A stretch of DNA of 32,000 bases from Promethearchaeum syntrophicum (GTDB lineage Archaea; Asgardarchaeota; Lokiarchaeia; Sigyniarchaeales; Promethearchaeaceae). Shown here one piece after another: positions 1-8,379 of this stretch. The notes under the pieces are model-generated. The model was given only the letters and a program-made list of their open reading frames with translations, made no database searches and had not been told where the DNA came from. The position numbers and the translations under genes were made by a program. Location of the stretch: the NCBI RefSeq assembly GCF_008000775.2, contig NZ_CP042905.2:2790001-2822000 (forward strand), given 5' to 3'. How positions within the stretch are numbered: position 1 is the stretch's first letter; the number at the start of each line of letters is the position of its first letter.

Positions 1-34
1 TAAATTAAGAACCAAAAAAATAGAATCATTTCAT

Positions 35-961
35 CTATTTATTTCTTATATTACTCAATCTCTTTTCGAAATCTGTTTTAGATTCAGTTAAAATCATTAT
101 TCCTTCAATAAAACTAAGTATACCTGGAATGAATGTCCAAGATAGGCATAAATAGATAATTCCTAATGTTGTATCACCCATATAAAATTTATGGACACCT
201 AAATCACCAACCACTAATGCTAATAATCCAGATATATTTTGTTGTGGGTCGGAAGATTGAAGTGGATTTGGTGAAGATGTTGTAGGTCTAAAATTTGGAG
301 GACTGGTTGTATTTAGAGAAGAATTATCTTGATGTCGATAATTTTCTGAAGAATTTTGAAATGCATCCTTCCCGACATGTAACTCCCATTTTATTTCATC
401 AAATTGACCGATTATATATCCTTCCCGAATTTTCTTCAGAAGTTTTTTCTTTGCTTTTAATGGCTGAATATTACAGGAAATGGCAAGTTGGTTTATCTGA
501 ATAACTTTTTCGGTTTGGATCAGTTCCATTAATTTTTGTTCAAAAATTGATGTCTGCTTAAATACCCATTGATAATTTTTGATCCAGAAAAGGTATACAA
601 TAAAATTTACGACGATAGGAAGGAAAATTAGCGTTATTGAAGCAAAAAGATCTTGATGACTAAAAGTAATGATTAATCCCAATAAAAAGGTTAATGGGAA
701 CAGAATCTTTAAAATGAAATTGATTTGTTTAATAAAGCCTTCTGATACACCTTTTTTTGCATAAGATTGATTTAAAATAAAGAGGTAAGCAATGAAAATT
801 GTTTGATATAAAAATGGGGAGAGGAAAGGTCCTAATCTTATATTAATTATCCCAAAATATGAAGAAAAAAGAAAAAATGCGGTATTGAGAAAGAAAAAGA
901 CGATAATTGTTTTTTTTGGAACTTTCTCATGAGTAGAAGTTAAAATTTTGTTTGTGTTCAT
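35..961 (-). CDS. TM2-domain membrane protein (multi-TM N-terminus, wH-like middle segment, S/P/N/Q linker, C-terminal TM2 domain)
   Basis: 308-aa ORF with several N-terminal hydrophobic helices. Central helix-turn-helix-like stretch LMELIQTEKVIQINQLAISCNIQPLKAKKKLLKKIREGYI, then a low-complexity NSSLNTTSPPNFRPTTSSPNPLQSSDPQQN linker. The C-terminus LLALVVGDLGVHKFYMGDTTLGIIYLCLSW...FIEGIMIL matches the TM2-domain pattern (G.H+FY.G). Confidence 0.7.
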   Translation of the reverse strand: MNTNKILTSTHEKVPKKTIIVFFFLNTAFFLFSSYFGIINIRLGPFLSPFLYQTIFIAYLFILNQSYAKKGVSEGFIKQINFILKILFPLTFLLGLIITFSHQDLFASITLIFLPIVVNFIVYLFWIKNYQWVFKQTSIFEQKLMELIQTEKVIQINQLAISCNIQPLKAKKKLLKKIREGYIIGQFDEIKWELHVGKDAFQNSSENYRHQDNSSLNTTSPPNFRPTTSSPNPLQSSDPQQNISGLLALVVGDLGVHKFYMGDTTLGIIYLCLSWTFIPGILSFIEGIMILTESKTDFEKRLSNIRNK

Positions 962-1238
962 ACTTTTTCACGTTTTAGCTAAATAATTATAAAATAATCT
1001 ACCTTAATGTATTTAATTTTTTTCCTATTTCCTAATTGAAATACAGAAATTTCCAGAAAAGTAATATTAATTAAGCTAATAGCAATTTTTTTTTATTTTC
1101 GTTATTTTTAAAATTAAAAATATGGAAGTTTTAAATTAATAAAATAATAATTTTTTGAAAAAGAATTTTCTTAAGAAGAACTGCTATTTTTATAAACGAA
1201 ATATATTTTTATACTTGTGTTTACTAGTATATTATGAT

Positions 1239-1529
1239 ATGTCAATTGTGAAAATTACGAACAAACAATATTTAGATGAATTAATTGCCAAAATCACGTT
1301 AAGATTAGGGAGGAAACCAACCCAGCAGGAAATTTTAGATCACTGTGTAAGATTGGGGCAAGATCATTTTGATGAGCTAATTCAGAGAATAAATCCAAGT
1401 CCTATTTTTGATGATAAAAAGCTCCAAGACATAATCGATATGCGGGAAAAACTTTCAAAGATCAAATGGTATCCTGCTGAACGAGATAATTTTATTAATG
1501 AAGAGGATGCGGATATTTACACCGCTTAA
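1239..1529 (+). CDS. Ribbon-helix-helix (CopG-like) putative VapB-type antitoxin
   Basis: MSIVKITNKQYLDELIAKITLRLGRKPTQQEILDHCVRLG has a strand-helix-helix layout. The gene lies 65 nt upstream of a PIN gene on the same strand. I prefer ATG 1239 over the TTG at 1155 in the track, because the extra 28 aa are low-complexity and a TATA-like TTTTTATA sits about 30 nt upstream of 1239. Confidence 0.6.
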   Translation: MSIVKITNKQYLDELIAKITLRLGRKPTQQEILDHCVRLGQDHFDELIQRINPSPIFDDKKLQDIIDMREKLSKIKWYPAERDNFINEEDADIYTA

Positions 1530-1594
1530 AAAAACAATCAAACGCATATAATTATTTAGATTTAAAATTGATTTAACAAGGATAGATAAAAAAA

Positions 1595-2020
1595 ATGGCA
1601 ATCTTCTTAGATACGGGATTTTTTTTAGGATTGGTATATCCCAGTGATCCTTATTACAAAAGAAGTGAGGAATTATTAAAAATCCTAAAAACGGGTAAGC
1701 ATGGGCAAATTTTTACTTCAACCTTTATAATAGCAGAGACATTAACTTTGGTGGCTGTTCGATCAAGGAATAATTCAGTGGTGTTGAAAGAAATTGATAA
1801 ATTTTTCAAAGGGGATAAACAGATAGCGATTATTTTGAGACCAGATGAGCAAATTGAAGACGAATCTATCAAATTATTTTTAAAGGTAAATAAAAATTCA
1901 AAAAATAAGACAGTCTCCTTTGTTGATTGTTCGAATATAATTTTCTGTAGAAGGCGTGGAATAGACTCTATTTTGGCATATGATAAGCATTTTGATGCTT
2001 GGTTGACAAGATTGTTTTAA
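1595..2020 (+). CDS. vapC: PIN-domain ribonuclease toxin (VapC family)
   Basis: The acidic PIN residues appear in the canonical order: FLDTGF (Asp near the N-terminus), IIAETL (Glu), SFVDCS (Asp), AYDKHFD (C-terminal Asp). The 141-aa size is typical, and an RHH partner lies upstream. Confidence 0.85.
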   Translation: MAIFLDTGFFLGLVYPSDPYYKRSEELLKILKTGKHGQIFTSTFIIAETLTLVAVRSRNNSVVLKEIDKFFKGDKQIAIILRPDEQIEDESIKLFLKVNKNSKNKTVSFVDCSNIIFCRRRGIDSILAYDKHFDAWLTRLF

Positions 2021-2173
2021 TAAAAATTGATTTCATATTTTTACTTATATTAGCGAAAGAAGGAACGTTTCTAAAAATCTATTAGATGATTTCTTTTGTT
2101 AGCGAAAATTTTTAGCACGAATTAGTTTTATTTCAATTACTAACCGATATCAAAAGTGAAAGGAATCAAAAAT

Positions 2174-2926
2174 ATGAGTGAACTAACTTCAGTAAAAACC
2201 GCAATCCGGCGCATTTCATCAATTTTTGAAGAGATAAATGGCAGTACTAACGATCAAATCCCGAAATTAGCGAAATTCAGTCCCAATTTATTATCTTCAG
2301 TGGAAAAATTTGAAAACGAAAAGAATGCGAATGCAAAGATGATTCAAACTAAAAATGATGAGATTGAATCATTGAAAAATAAGGTGTCTCAAAATAATCG
2401 GGAAATACTCAATTTAGAAGAAGAAAATAAGAACCTCACGGAGAACCGACAGGATCTAGAAAAAAAAATCGAAGGAATAACGAACAATATTAGAGATCTT
2501 GAAAATCAAAATGAGACAAAAAAAGGTGAACTTGCAAATCGTGAACAACGTTTACAAGAATTAGAAGCGAATGTGCAACAAATGACCACAGATCAAGAAA
2601 ATTTTGAACAAGAATTTAAAAAGCTTGAATCGAGTCTGATGGAAGAATATGATAAGAAGTTAAAATATGCAAATTCGTTTGAAAATCGGATGAAAGCGAT
2701 GAAATTACTCATTGGAAAAAAATACATCAAATCTCCTCAGGTTCACTTAATCGGGGCACTCCAGGTCGGAACGGAATTGGATTTAAAGAATATTATTCAA
2801 GCCTATGATATCAAAATGGAAGTTGCATCAAAAATCTTGCGAAAAATCGTTGAACTCGGCGGGCCGGTCGAATATAATGAAGCGGCAGGAAAAGTCTCAT
2901 TAAACGCGGAGGTTGACTTTAAATAA
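2174..2926 (+). CDS. Coiled-coil protein with C-terminal winged-helix-like domain (paralog 1)
   Basis: A long E/K/N/Q/L-rich heptad-like helix (aa ~50-180) is followed by DLKNIIQAYDIKMEVASKILRKIVELGGPVEYNEAAGKVSL. ATG 2174 is preceded by GAAAGGA; a GTG at 2156 is an alternative start. The stop overlaps the next gene's start (TAATG). Confidence 0.6.
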   Translation: MSELTSVKTAIRRISSIFEEINGSTNDQIPKLAKFSPNLLSSVEKFENEKNANAKMIQTKNDEIESLKNKVSQNNREILNLEEENKNLTENRQDLEKKIEGITNNIRDLENQNETKKGELANREQRLQELEANVQQMTTDQENFEQEFKKLESSLMEEYDKKLKYANSFENRMKAMKLLIGKKYIKSPQVHLIGALQVGTELDLKNIIQAYDIKMEVASKILRKIVELGGPVEYNEAAGKVSLNAEVDFK

Positions 2927-3654
2927 TGTCCGCTGAAGAAATTTTAGCTCAAATCGAGCAATTTGAAACCGCATTTGATACCTACAATCAAAAAATGCTC
3001 TCGGGAATGAAAGAATTTTCAGAAAAGCTGAGTTCAATCTGGAAAAACATCAAAATTCTGAAAGATGAAAATGCTACTTTAGTTGAGACGATTAAAGACC
3101 AAGATGCACATTTAGAGACCCTTCGAACCGAATCGGAAAGTTTGGATAAAAAAATTCAAGAATTAAAGACAACTAAAGAAGGTTTAACTTCAAAATGCAC
3201 AGAGTATACCACGGAACTCGAACGCCTAACGAGTAAACAAAAAGAACCTGAATTTCAACTTACAAATTTAACATCAAAGCTTTCGGAAGTGAATGACAGA
3301 ATTAAAAGCCGAGAATCTGAAAAAACTCAATTAGATCAGAAAAAGGTAGAAAATTCACAATTAGAAGAGCAAAAGAAAAAAGAATTCGAACAAAAACAAG
3401 TCGAACTCGAAAAAAAAATAGGAATATTAAAGCAACAGAACTTCTTCACCTCTTTTGTCATTGAGAATTCAGACCAAGATATATTTGAAGTGGATATTAT
3501 CGCTACAATTCTTGAGAAAGGTAAGTGTAATATGAATGAAATGAAAAAACAATTGGATTTAACCCCAATTATGGCAGTTAGAACGATTAAACAACTTGCG
3601 GTGCAAGGAATAATCGAATTAAATGAAGATACGAACGAAATTGCTTTACCTTAG
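2926..3654 (+). CDS. Coiled-coil protein with C-terminal winged-helix-like domain (paralog 2)
   Basis: Same architecture as the upstream gene. The coiled coil runs to about aa 170, followed by GKCNMNEMKKQLDLTPIMAVRTIKQLAVQGIIELNEDTNEIAL. GGAGG at 2908-2912 lies 13 nt upstream of ATG 2926. Confidence 0.6.
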   Translation: MSAEEILAQIEQFETAFDTYNQKMLSGMKEFSEKLSSIWKNIKILKDENATLVETIKDQDAHLETLRTESESLDKKIQELKTTKEGLTSKCTEYTTELERLTSKQKEPEFQLTNLTSKLSEVNDRIKSRESEKTQLDQKKVENSQLEEQKKKEFEQKQVELEKKIGILKQQNFFTSFVIENSDQDIFEVDIIATILEKGKCNMNEMKKQLDLTPIMAVRTIKQLAVQGIIELNEDTNEIALP

Positions 3655-3688
3655 CTAATTTTTGTCCTTTTTTTCAATTTATTTCTTT

Positions 3689-4624
3689 TCAATCTCTTTT
3701 CTTACCACAAACCGCACAGAATTTCGAACCAGCATCAATTATTGGAGAACCGCAATAAGGGCAAATATTGTTGATTCCAGGAGAATTTATTGTTGTAGAT
3801 GGCATATTTGATCGAGGGGGATATTGTACCTTTTCAGGATGGGGTCGTTGAACGGGACCACGGTTTCTCATATCCATGCTATATTGAGATTGGGGAGCTG
3901 CACTTCTATTAAATGTGGCCATTATGGCATTGGCCGTTTTCAACATACCGATGATCAATAATATATCTCCAATGTCAGTAAGAATTATTCCGGCAGAATC
4001 GAGAGAATCTAGAGATGTAGAGGCAAATAAGCGTACAATTTCACCGAATTTTACAATTAACCCAAAACCCATAAATCGGATCCAGAATATCATTTGACTC
4101 TTTTTATTTTCATCAATTCTGTCATGGGGCAAGGAATTTACCCATTTTCCCAGGTAGATGGTAGAGGCAATTAATAATGAAAATATTATTAGATCAACAT
4201 ATATTGCTTCAGGAATTGTTAAGAATGCACTAATGATATATCCAGCGAAAACTGCAATTTCAATATAGAAGATCGTACGAAGAGCCACCCCCAAGGAAGA
4301 ATTTGATGCCTTATTCAATTTTAGGACATAAATTATATATCGTACAATTATAAAAATTCCTCCCCCAGCCCCTCCGACAAGTACAAACAAGAATAATAGC
4401 ATGATTGATCCTGCGTTTTCCATCATTTCTGATTCAGTTAGCTCCAGTAATCCAAAAATAGACGATTGTAAAACAAACACAAGAATAAATGAAAAAACTG
4501 TCCAAATCAATTTGCCAATAGCATAAAATTTCATGGCTCTTCCGTAAATTGAGAGATCATAAATCGATCTATTATCCATTTGTTCTTCATTGTATATATT
4601 ACCTATATTATTAATATTTGACAT
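3689..4624 (-). CDS. Polytopic membrane protein with C-terminal zinc-ribbon
   Basis: 311-aa ORF with about 6 hydrophobic helices and a Pro-rich linker (RPHPEKVQYPPRSNMPST). It ends in CPYCGSPIIDAGSKFCAVCGKK, a CxxC...CxxC zinc ribbon. Confidence 0.65.
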   Translation of the reverse strand: MSNINNIGNIYNEEQMDNRSIYDLSIYGRAMKFYAIGKLIWTVFSFILVFVLQSSIFGLLELTESEMMENAGSIMLLFLFVLVGGAGGGIFIIVRYIIYVLKLNKASNSSLGVALRTIFYIEIAVFAGYIISAFLTIPEAIYVDLIIFSLLIASTIYLGKWVNSLPHDRIDENKKSQMIFWIRFMGFGLIVKFGEIVRLFASTSLDSLDSAGIILTDIGDILLIIGMLKTANAIMATFNRSAAPQSQYSMDMRNRGPVQRPHPEKVQYPPRSNMPSTTINSPGINNICPYCGSPIIDAGSKFCAVCGKKRD

Positions 4625-4768
4625 TTTTTTTTTCGTTTCCTACAAGTTTAATATTAGTCTTAGTTAATGTAATTTCTTAAAAATCAACGGGATAAAAATC
4701 TTTTCATTCAACTGGAATTTATAAGATAGATATCTTTATCGATGTATGCAATTTTTTTTTTTTTATTT

Positions 4769-5662
4769 CTACATATCCCGCAAAATAATCGCTTTCAAAT
4801 TACGGCTTATAGTAGGAAGAGAATAATCGACATTTTTTGGTTTAAACATCTTAAGTTTTCGACACACTTCATCAAGATGTTCTTTTGGAATATTACCATC
4901 AAGAATCATTTGGGTTTCAATTTCATTCATTCCCTCCAACATGGTAATATTTTTTATAGCTTTATGATTTCCGGGACAAGTTAATTGACATTTTAAACAT
5001 CCCATTAGAGTATGATGAGCAGTTTTAGGAATCCAAGGAGGAAAAATTCCTTGAATTTCATTATATAAAGGTAGGCATTTTGAAATATCAATAACAAATT
5101 CAGTTTCCCGGATTGCCCCTGTTGGGCAATTATCTAAACAAATTTTACAGGTTTCACAATATTTCATGGTTTGAATTTCATCCCATGAATCGGAAAAACC
5201 TTCATAATCAGTAAAAAAAGCATAGAGATTAAGGAAACATCCCATATCCCCAACATAACAAATATTATTTCGCCCATATTTACCCAAACCGCTACGAACT
5301 GCCAGTAATTTTTCATGAAGTCTCCAATGATATTCCAATTTATGTTGAGAAGGGAGATTTATTCTTTTACGAAGTGATTCTTGAACAATTTCTGCATTAT
5401 AACCACTTTCGTAATAAGGGGCTCCAATATAAACATTATATGATTTATTTTTATATCGGAATTGGATTTGTGCAATTGGCTTGGACACAGCAACAATAAT
5501 TACAAATTTTGCTTCCGGAAAATCCTTTGGGATCTGGTATTGAAAACCATCAATATAACTTTGAAACACTTTATTATGATGAATTTTATTTGCAGCGCGT
5601 AATTGATCAACATCAGCTTGTAATTCGGAAAGATGCTTACAAGAGACGGCACGATATTCCAT
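4769..5662 (-). CDS. QueG / reductive-dehalogenase-like 4Fe-4S protein
   Basis: LAVRSGLGKYGRNNICYV...CETCKICLDNCPTGAI...LMGCLKCQLTCPGN follows the QueG-family pattern (GLG.GKN, two Cys clusters ending in CP). The track start at 5800 overlaps the divergent gene at 5775. ATG 5662 (MEYRAV) sits about 30 nt downstream of a minus-strand ATATATTA box; ATG 5689 is an alternative. Confidence 0.65.
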   Translation of the reverse strand: MEYRAVSCKHLSELQADVDQLRAANKIHHNKVFQSYIDGFQYQIPKDFPEAKFVIIVAVSKPIAQIQFRYKNKSYNVYIGAPYYESGYNAEIVQESLRKRINLPSQHKLEYHWRLHEKLLAVRSGLGKYGRNNICYVGDMGCFLNLYAFFTDYEGFSDSWDEIQTMKYCETCKICLDNCPTGAIRETEFVIDISKCLPLYNEIQGIFPPWIPKTAHHTLMGCLKCQLTCPGNHKAIKNITMLEGMNEIETQMILDGNIPKEHLDEVCRKLKMFKPKNVDYSLPTISRNLKAIILRDM

Positions 5663-5774
5663 TTGAAACCCTACGGGAATTTCTTTCATTAATATATTGT
5701 ATTGAAAATGATGTAAAAAAATATTATTGTGTAAAGGTAGGTTTTTTCTATAACTATGGATTATTTTATGAAAT

Positions 5775-6731
5775 ATGAAGATGAATTTTAGTGATCTCAC
5801 ACTTTCGCAATTAACCCTAGAAAAAATTCGGACAGCATTTTTGAAAATCGCACGACCATTAGAAATCGCACGATATAGCTATCACTTCGAAAAAGGGTCT
5901 GTAAAAGGAGTTTTGAAAGAACTCAGTGCGTTTCAAAACCATGATGGGGGTTTCGGGCATGGGTTAGAACCCGATTTTCATCTACCTGATTCTACTCCAA
6001 TGGCAACTTCGGTAGGACTACGAATTTTGAACTCTCTGACTTCATCAAAAGCGCGGGATGAGATGATAGCAAAAGCGCTTCAGTATTTACGAACGGCATT
6101 TTATTTAGATCGGGTTGGGTGGTATTCAGTAACTCCAGAAGTGAACGAGTTCCCCCATGCCCCATGGTGGACTTATAATTTTACTACGAATATGACCCCA
6201 ATTGATAACAGCTGGGGAAATCCTACAGCGGAACTTCTAGGTTATGCGTATTCTTATCAAAGATTTATGCCCAATTGGCCGATTGAGACATATATTGAAA
6301 ATGCTCTTCAAAATTTTGAACGGAAAACAGATTTTTCCAGTGAACATGAGCTGTATTGTTTTCTTCATTTATATCACCATCTCTCTTCGGATTTACGTGT
6401 TCGGTTAGAAAAGAATTTACAGAGAGGCATAGATGCACTTGTGGTAACCGATAAAAAGAAATGGCCATCTTACGTGCCCCAACCACTGGACTTTCTTATT
6501 TTTCCTGATGATAATTTGTGGAAGATATCTGAAGACTATATCAGGATAAATTTACAGTACTACATCAGCTTACTTGAAAAAAATTGCGTAATTTATCCAA
6601 ATTGGGAATGGTCCACGTATCCTTCTCACTGGGATCTGGCTAAAAAGGAATGGACGGGAGTTTTGACCTTGAAATATCTAAAAAGACTTCAACAATTTGG
6701 TGTTGATGTTGAAATTAGATTTAGTTTTTAG
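5775..6731 (+). CDS. Alpha/alpha-toroid (prenyltransferase/terpene-cyclase-like repeat) protein, function unknown
   Basis: 318-aa ORF. The motif FQNHDGGFGHGLEPDFHLPDSTPMATSVGLRIL resembles the QxxDGGFG repeat of alpha-alpha toroid proteins. No further family assignment is possible from sequence alone. Confidence 0.5.
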   Translation: MKMNFSDLTLSQLTLEKIRTAFLKIARPLEIARYSYHFEKGSVKGVLKELSAFQNHDGGFGHGLEPDFHLPDSTPMATSVGLRILNSLTSSKARDEMIAKALQYLRTAFYLDRVGWYSVTPEVNEFPHAPWWTYNFTTNMTPIDNSWGNPTAELLGYAYSYQRFMPNWPIETYIENALQNFERKTDFSSEHELYCFLHLYHHLSSDLRVRLEKNLQRGIDALVVTDKKKWPSYVPQPLDFLIFPDDNLWKISEDYIRINLQYYISLLEKNCVIYPNWEWSTYPSHWDLAKKEWTGVLTLKYLKRLQQFGVDVEIRFSF

Positions 6732-6743
6732 CTTATAAATGCA

Positions 6744-6992
6744 TTAAAGAACTTTTAGCAGAAATCGAGTTTGTCCAGGATTTGGAGTTTTAATGCTCTG
6801 GAGTCTATGACCTTCTCTGGCAGCCACTTGTAGAAAGCGTTTTGATCGAAAATAATTTCGTAAAACAGAACCACGCGTATACCCATGTACAAGTGTCAAA
6901 TATTGATCTTCGGTAACCGTACATTCTTCTAGTGCATGAAATACTTCAATAATGGCATCTGTAAGTTCATATCCGTGTAAATCACATTCCAA
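6744..6992 (-). CDS. Stand-alone Smr-domain protein
   Basis: An 82-aa ORF starts at the Smr signature (CDLHGYELTDAI) and has the second motif LTLVHGYTRGSVLR. TTG is the only in-frame start, since a stop lies 6 codons upstream. GGGGG lies 11 nt upstream on the minus strand. Confidence 0.65.
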   Translation of the reverse strand: MECDLHGYELTDAIIEVFHALEECTVTEDQYLTLVHGYTRGSVLRNYFRSKRFLQVAAREGHRLQSIKTPNPGQTRFLLKVL

Positions 6993-7239
6993 TATTAATT
7001 GTCCCCCTTAAGAAGTAAATATCTATTATGTTTTTTTTTTCAGTAATTAATATTTTAATTACCCGATTTCCTAAAAGAACTCGTATTTTATAAAAATTCT
7101 ACTTTATTACAGCGTCTTTTGATTTTGCAGTATTTTTGTGATATTATTAGGTAGTTAAAATTAAAATGAAACCCATTTGCATTGTACTTCTCATTCAATT
7201 TCATAGATTTTTAAAAGCTTAAATTATATACATTATAGC

Positions 7240-7659
7240 ATGGAATCTAATAATTTTGGTAGTACTTATACGATGGATGATATTAAAAAAAGAGTGAGAA
7301 ATGCATTAATTATCTCAATTGCATTAATTGTATTAGGAGTTGTTGTTTCGATTGTTCTTGCCGTTGCTTTTGTAGGGGAAGATGGCTATATTAGAGATGA
7401 CGCACCAGGGGAATGGCTATTTGTTGCCTTAATTCCAGTAATTCTCGGTTTTATAATGCTATTTGTACCTTTAATCTCTGTAAAGAAAATAGCCGAATCT
7501 AATAGACATTTTGGAACTCAACCTGGATCATCTGCTGAACAATTAGGACAAATGTATGATGAGATTATAATTCCACTTGAAAAAACAAAACTTATCACAG
7601 TTATCGTAGCATTAGTTTTTTGTGGAGTTCTTTTAGTATTGAGCATAATAGGAGTTTAA
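7240..7659 (+). CDS. Small 3-TM membrane protein, paralog A (ends at a TAA that aligns with a Leu codon of paralog B)
   Basis: 139 aa. It shares MESNNFGSTYTMDDIKKRV and the loop GEDGYIRDDAPGEW with paralog B. A T9 run at 7716-7724 lies downstream. Confidence 0.6.
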   Translation: MESNNFGSTYTMDDIKKRVRNALIISIALIVLGVVVSIVLAVAFVGEDGYIRDDAPGEWLFVALIPVILGFIMLFVPLISVKKIAESNRHFGTQPGSSAEQLGQMYDEIIIPLEKTKLITVIVALVFCGVLLVLSIIGV

Positions 7660-7715
7660 GTTTGGTCAGAATTTTTTGATGTGATTTTTTAAGATAGAAG
7701 AAACTCTGATCTTCA

Positions 7716-7724
7716 TTTTTTTTT
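7716..7724 (+). terminator. Oligo-T (T9) archaeal-type terminator after paralog A
   Basis: TTTTTTTTT begins 24 nt after the conserved second stop at 7690-7692. Confidence 0.45.
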
Positions 7725-7902
7725 CTTTAATCTGAGGTAAAAAAAAAAATTTTTTTACAGAAAATAAAATTCAAAGATTTTAACTTTTAACTTGTTATCT
7801 AAAATTGAATCTATAGCAAAGATAGTATCAAAAAATCAAGTTTGCATATTCTATTCTGGCTTGATACATATTTTTATAGAATAAAATTATATACATTGTA
7901 GC

Positions 7903-8355
7903 ATGGAATCTAATAATTTTGGTAGTACTTATACAATGGATGATATTAAGAAAAGAGTTAAGAATTCCTTTATTATCGCATTTGTATTAATTTTTGGAGG
8001 TTTTATTTTTGCGATTGTTCTTGCATTTAGTTTTGCCGGAGAGGACGGGTACATTAGAGATGATGCACCAGGGGGATGGATTTTTATTGCATTGATTCCA
8101 ATAATTCTTGGGTTGCTAATGTTATTTGTACCCATAATTTCTACAATAAAATTAACCAAATCTAATCGAACTTTTATCAATCCAGAGGATTTATCTCCTG
8201 AAGAGGCGATGAAAGATTTTCAACAGATGTTAATTCCCCTTAAAAAAGTAAAAATTTTTATAATTATCATAGTGATGTTATTTTTTGGAGCTCTTTTCAT
8301 ATTAACTCTATTGGGAGAATTATCATGGTCAGAATTTTTTGATGCGATTTTTTAA
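7903..8355 (+). CDS. Small 3-TM membrane protein, paralog B (full length)
   Basis: 150 aa with the same N-terminus and the GEDGYIRDDAPGGW loop. The C-terminal SWSEFFDAIF tail is retained in frame. Confidence 0.65.
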   Translation: MESNNFGSTYTMDDIKKRVKNSFIIAFVLIFGGFIFAIVLAFSFAGEDGYIRDDAPGGWIFIALIPIILGLLMLFVPIISTIKLTKSNRTFINPEDLSPEEAMKDFQQMLIPLKKVKIFIIIIVMLFFGALFILTLLGELSWSEFFDAIF

Positions 8356-8371
8356 ATCAAATGAATCTGAC

Positions 8372-8379
8372 TTTTTTTT
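8372..8379 (+). terminator. Oligo-T (T8) terminator after paralog B
   Basis: TTTTTTTT begins 17 nt after the stop at 8353-8355. Confidence 0.45.

Noticed and set aside
1155-1238. TTG-initiated 28-aa N-terminal extension of the RHH antitoxin in the ORF track.
   Set aside because: The extension (MKKNFLKKNCYFYKRNIFLYLCLLVYYD) covers TATA-like promoter sequence. The RHH strand begins right after ATG 1239.
4720-4745. AAGATA-GA-TATCTT inverted repeat upstream of the zinc-ribbon membrane-protein gene.
   Set aside because: It is a short, single, AT-rich dyad with no second copy or associated regulator.
5663-5800. N-terminal extension of the QueG-like ORF to 5800.
   Set aside because: It would overlap the divergent gene starting at 5775 and run through the shared promoter region. 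The extension is low-complexity, and internal ATGs at 5689 and 5662 fit better.
7739-7756. A11T7 homopolymer junction between the two paralog genes.
   Set aside because: It is low-complexity A/T sequence. It is probably just part of the terminator and spacer, with no independent evidence of function.
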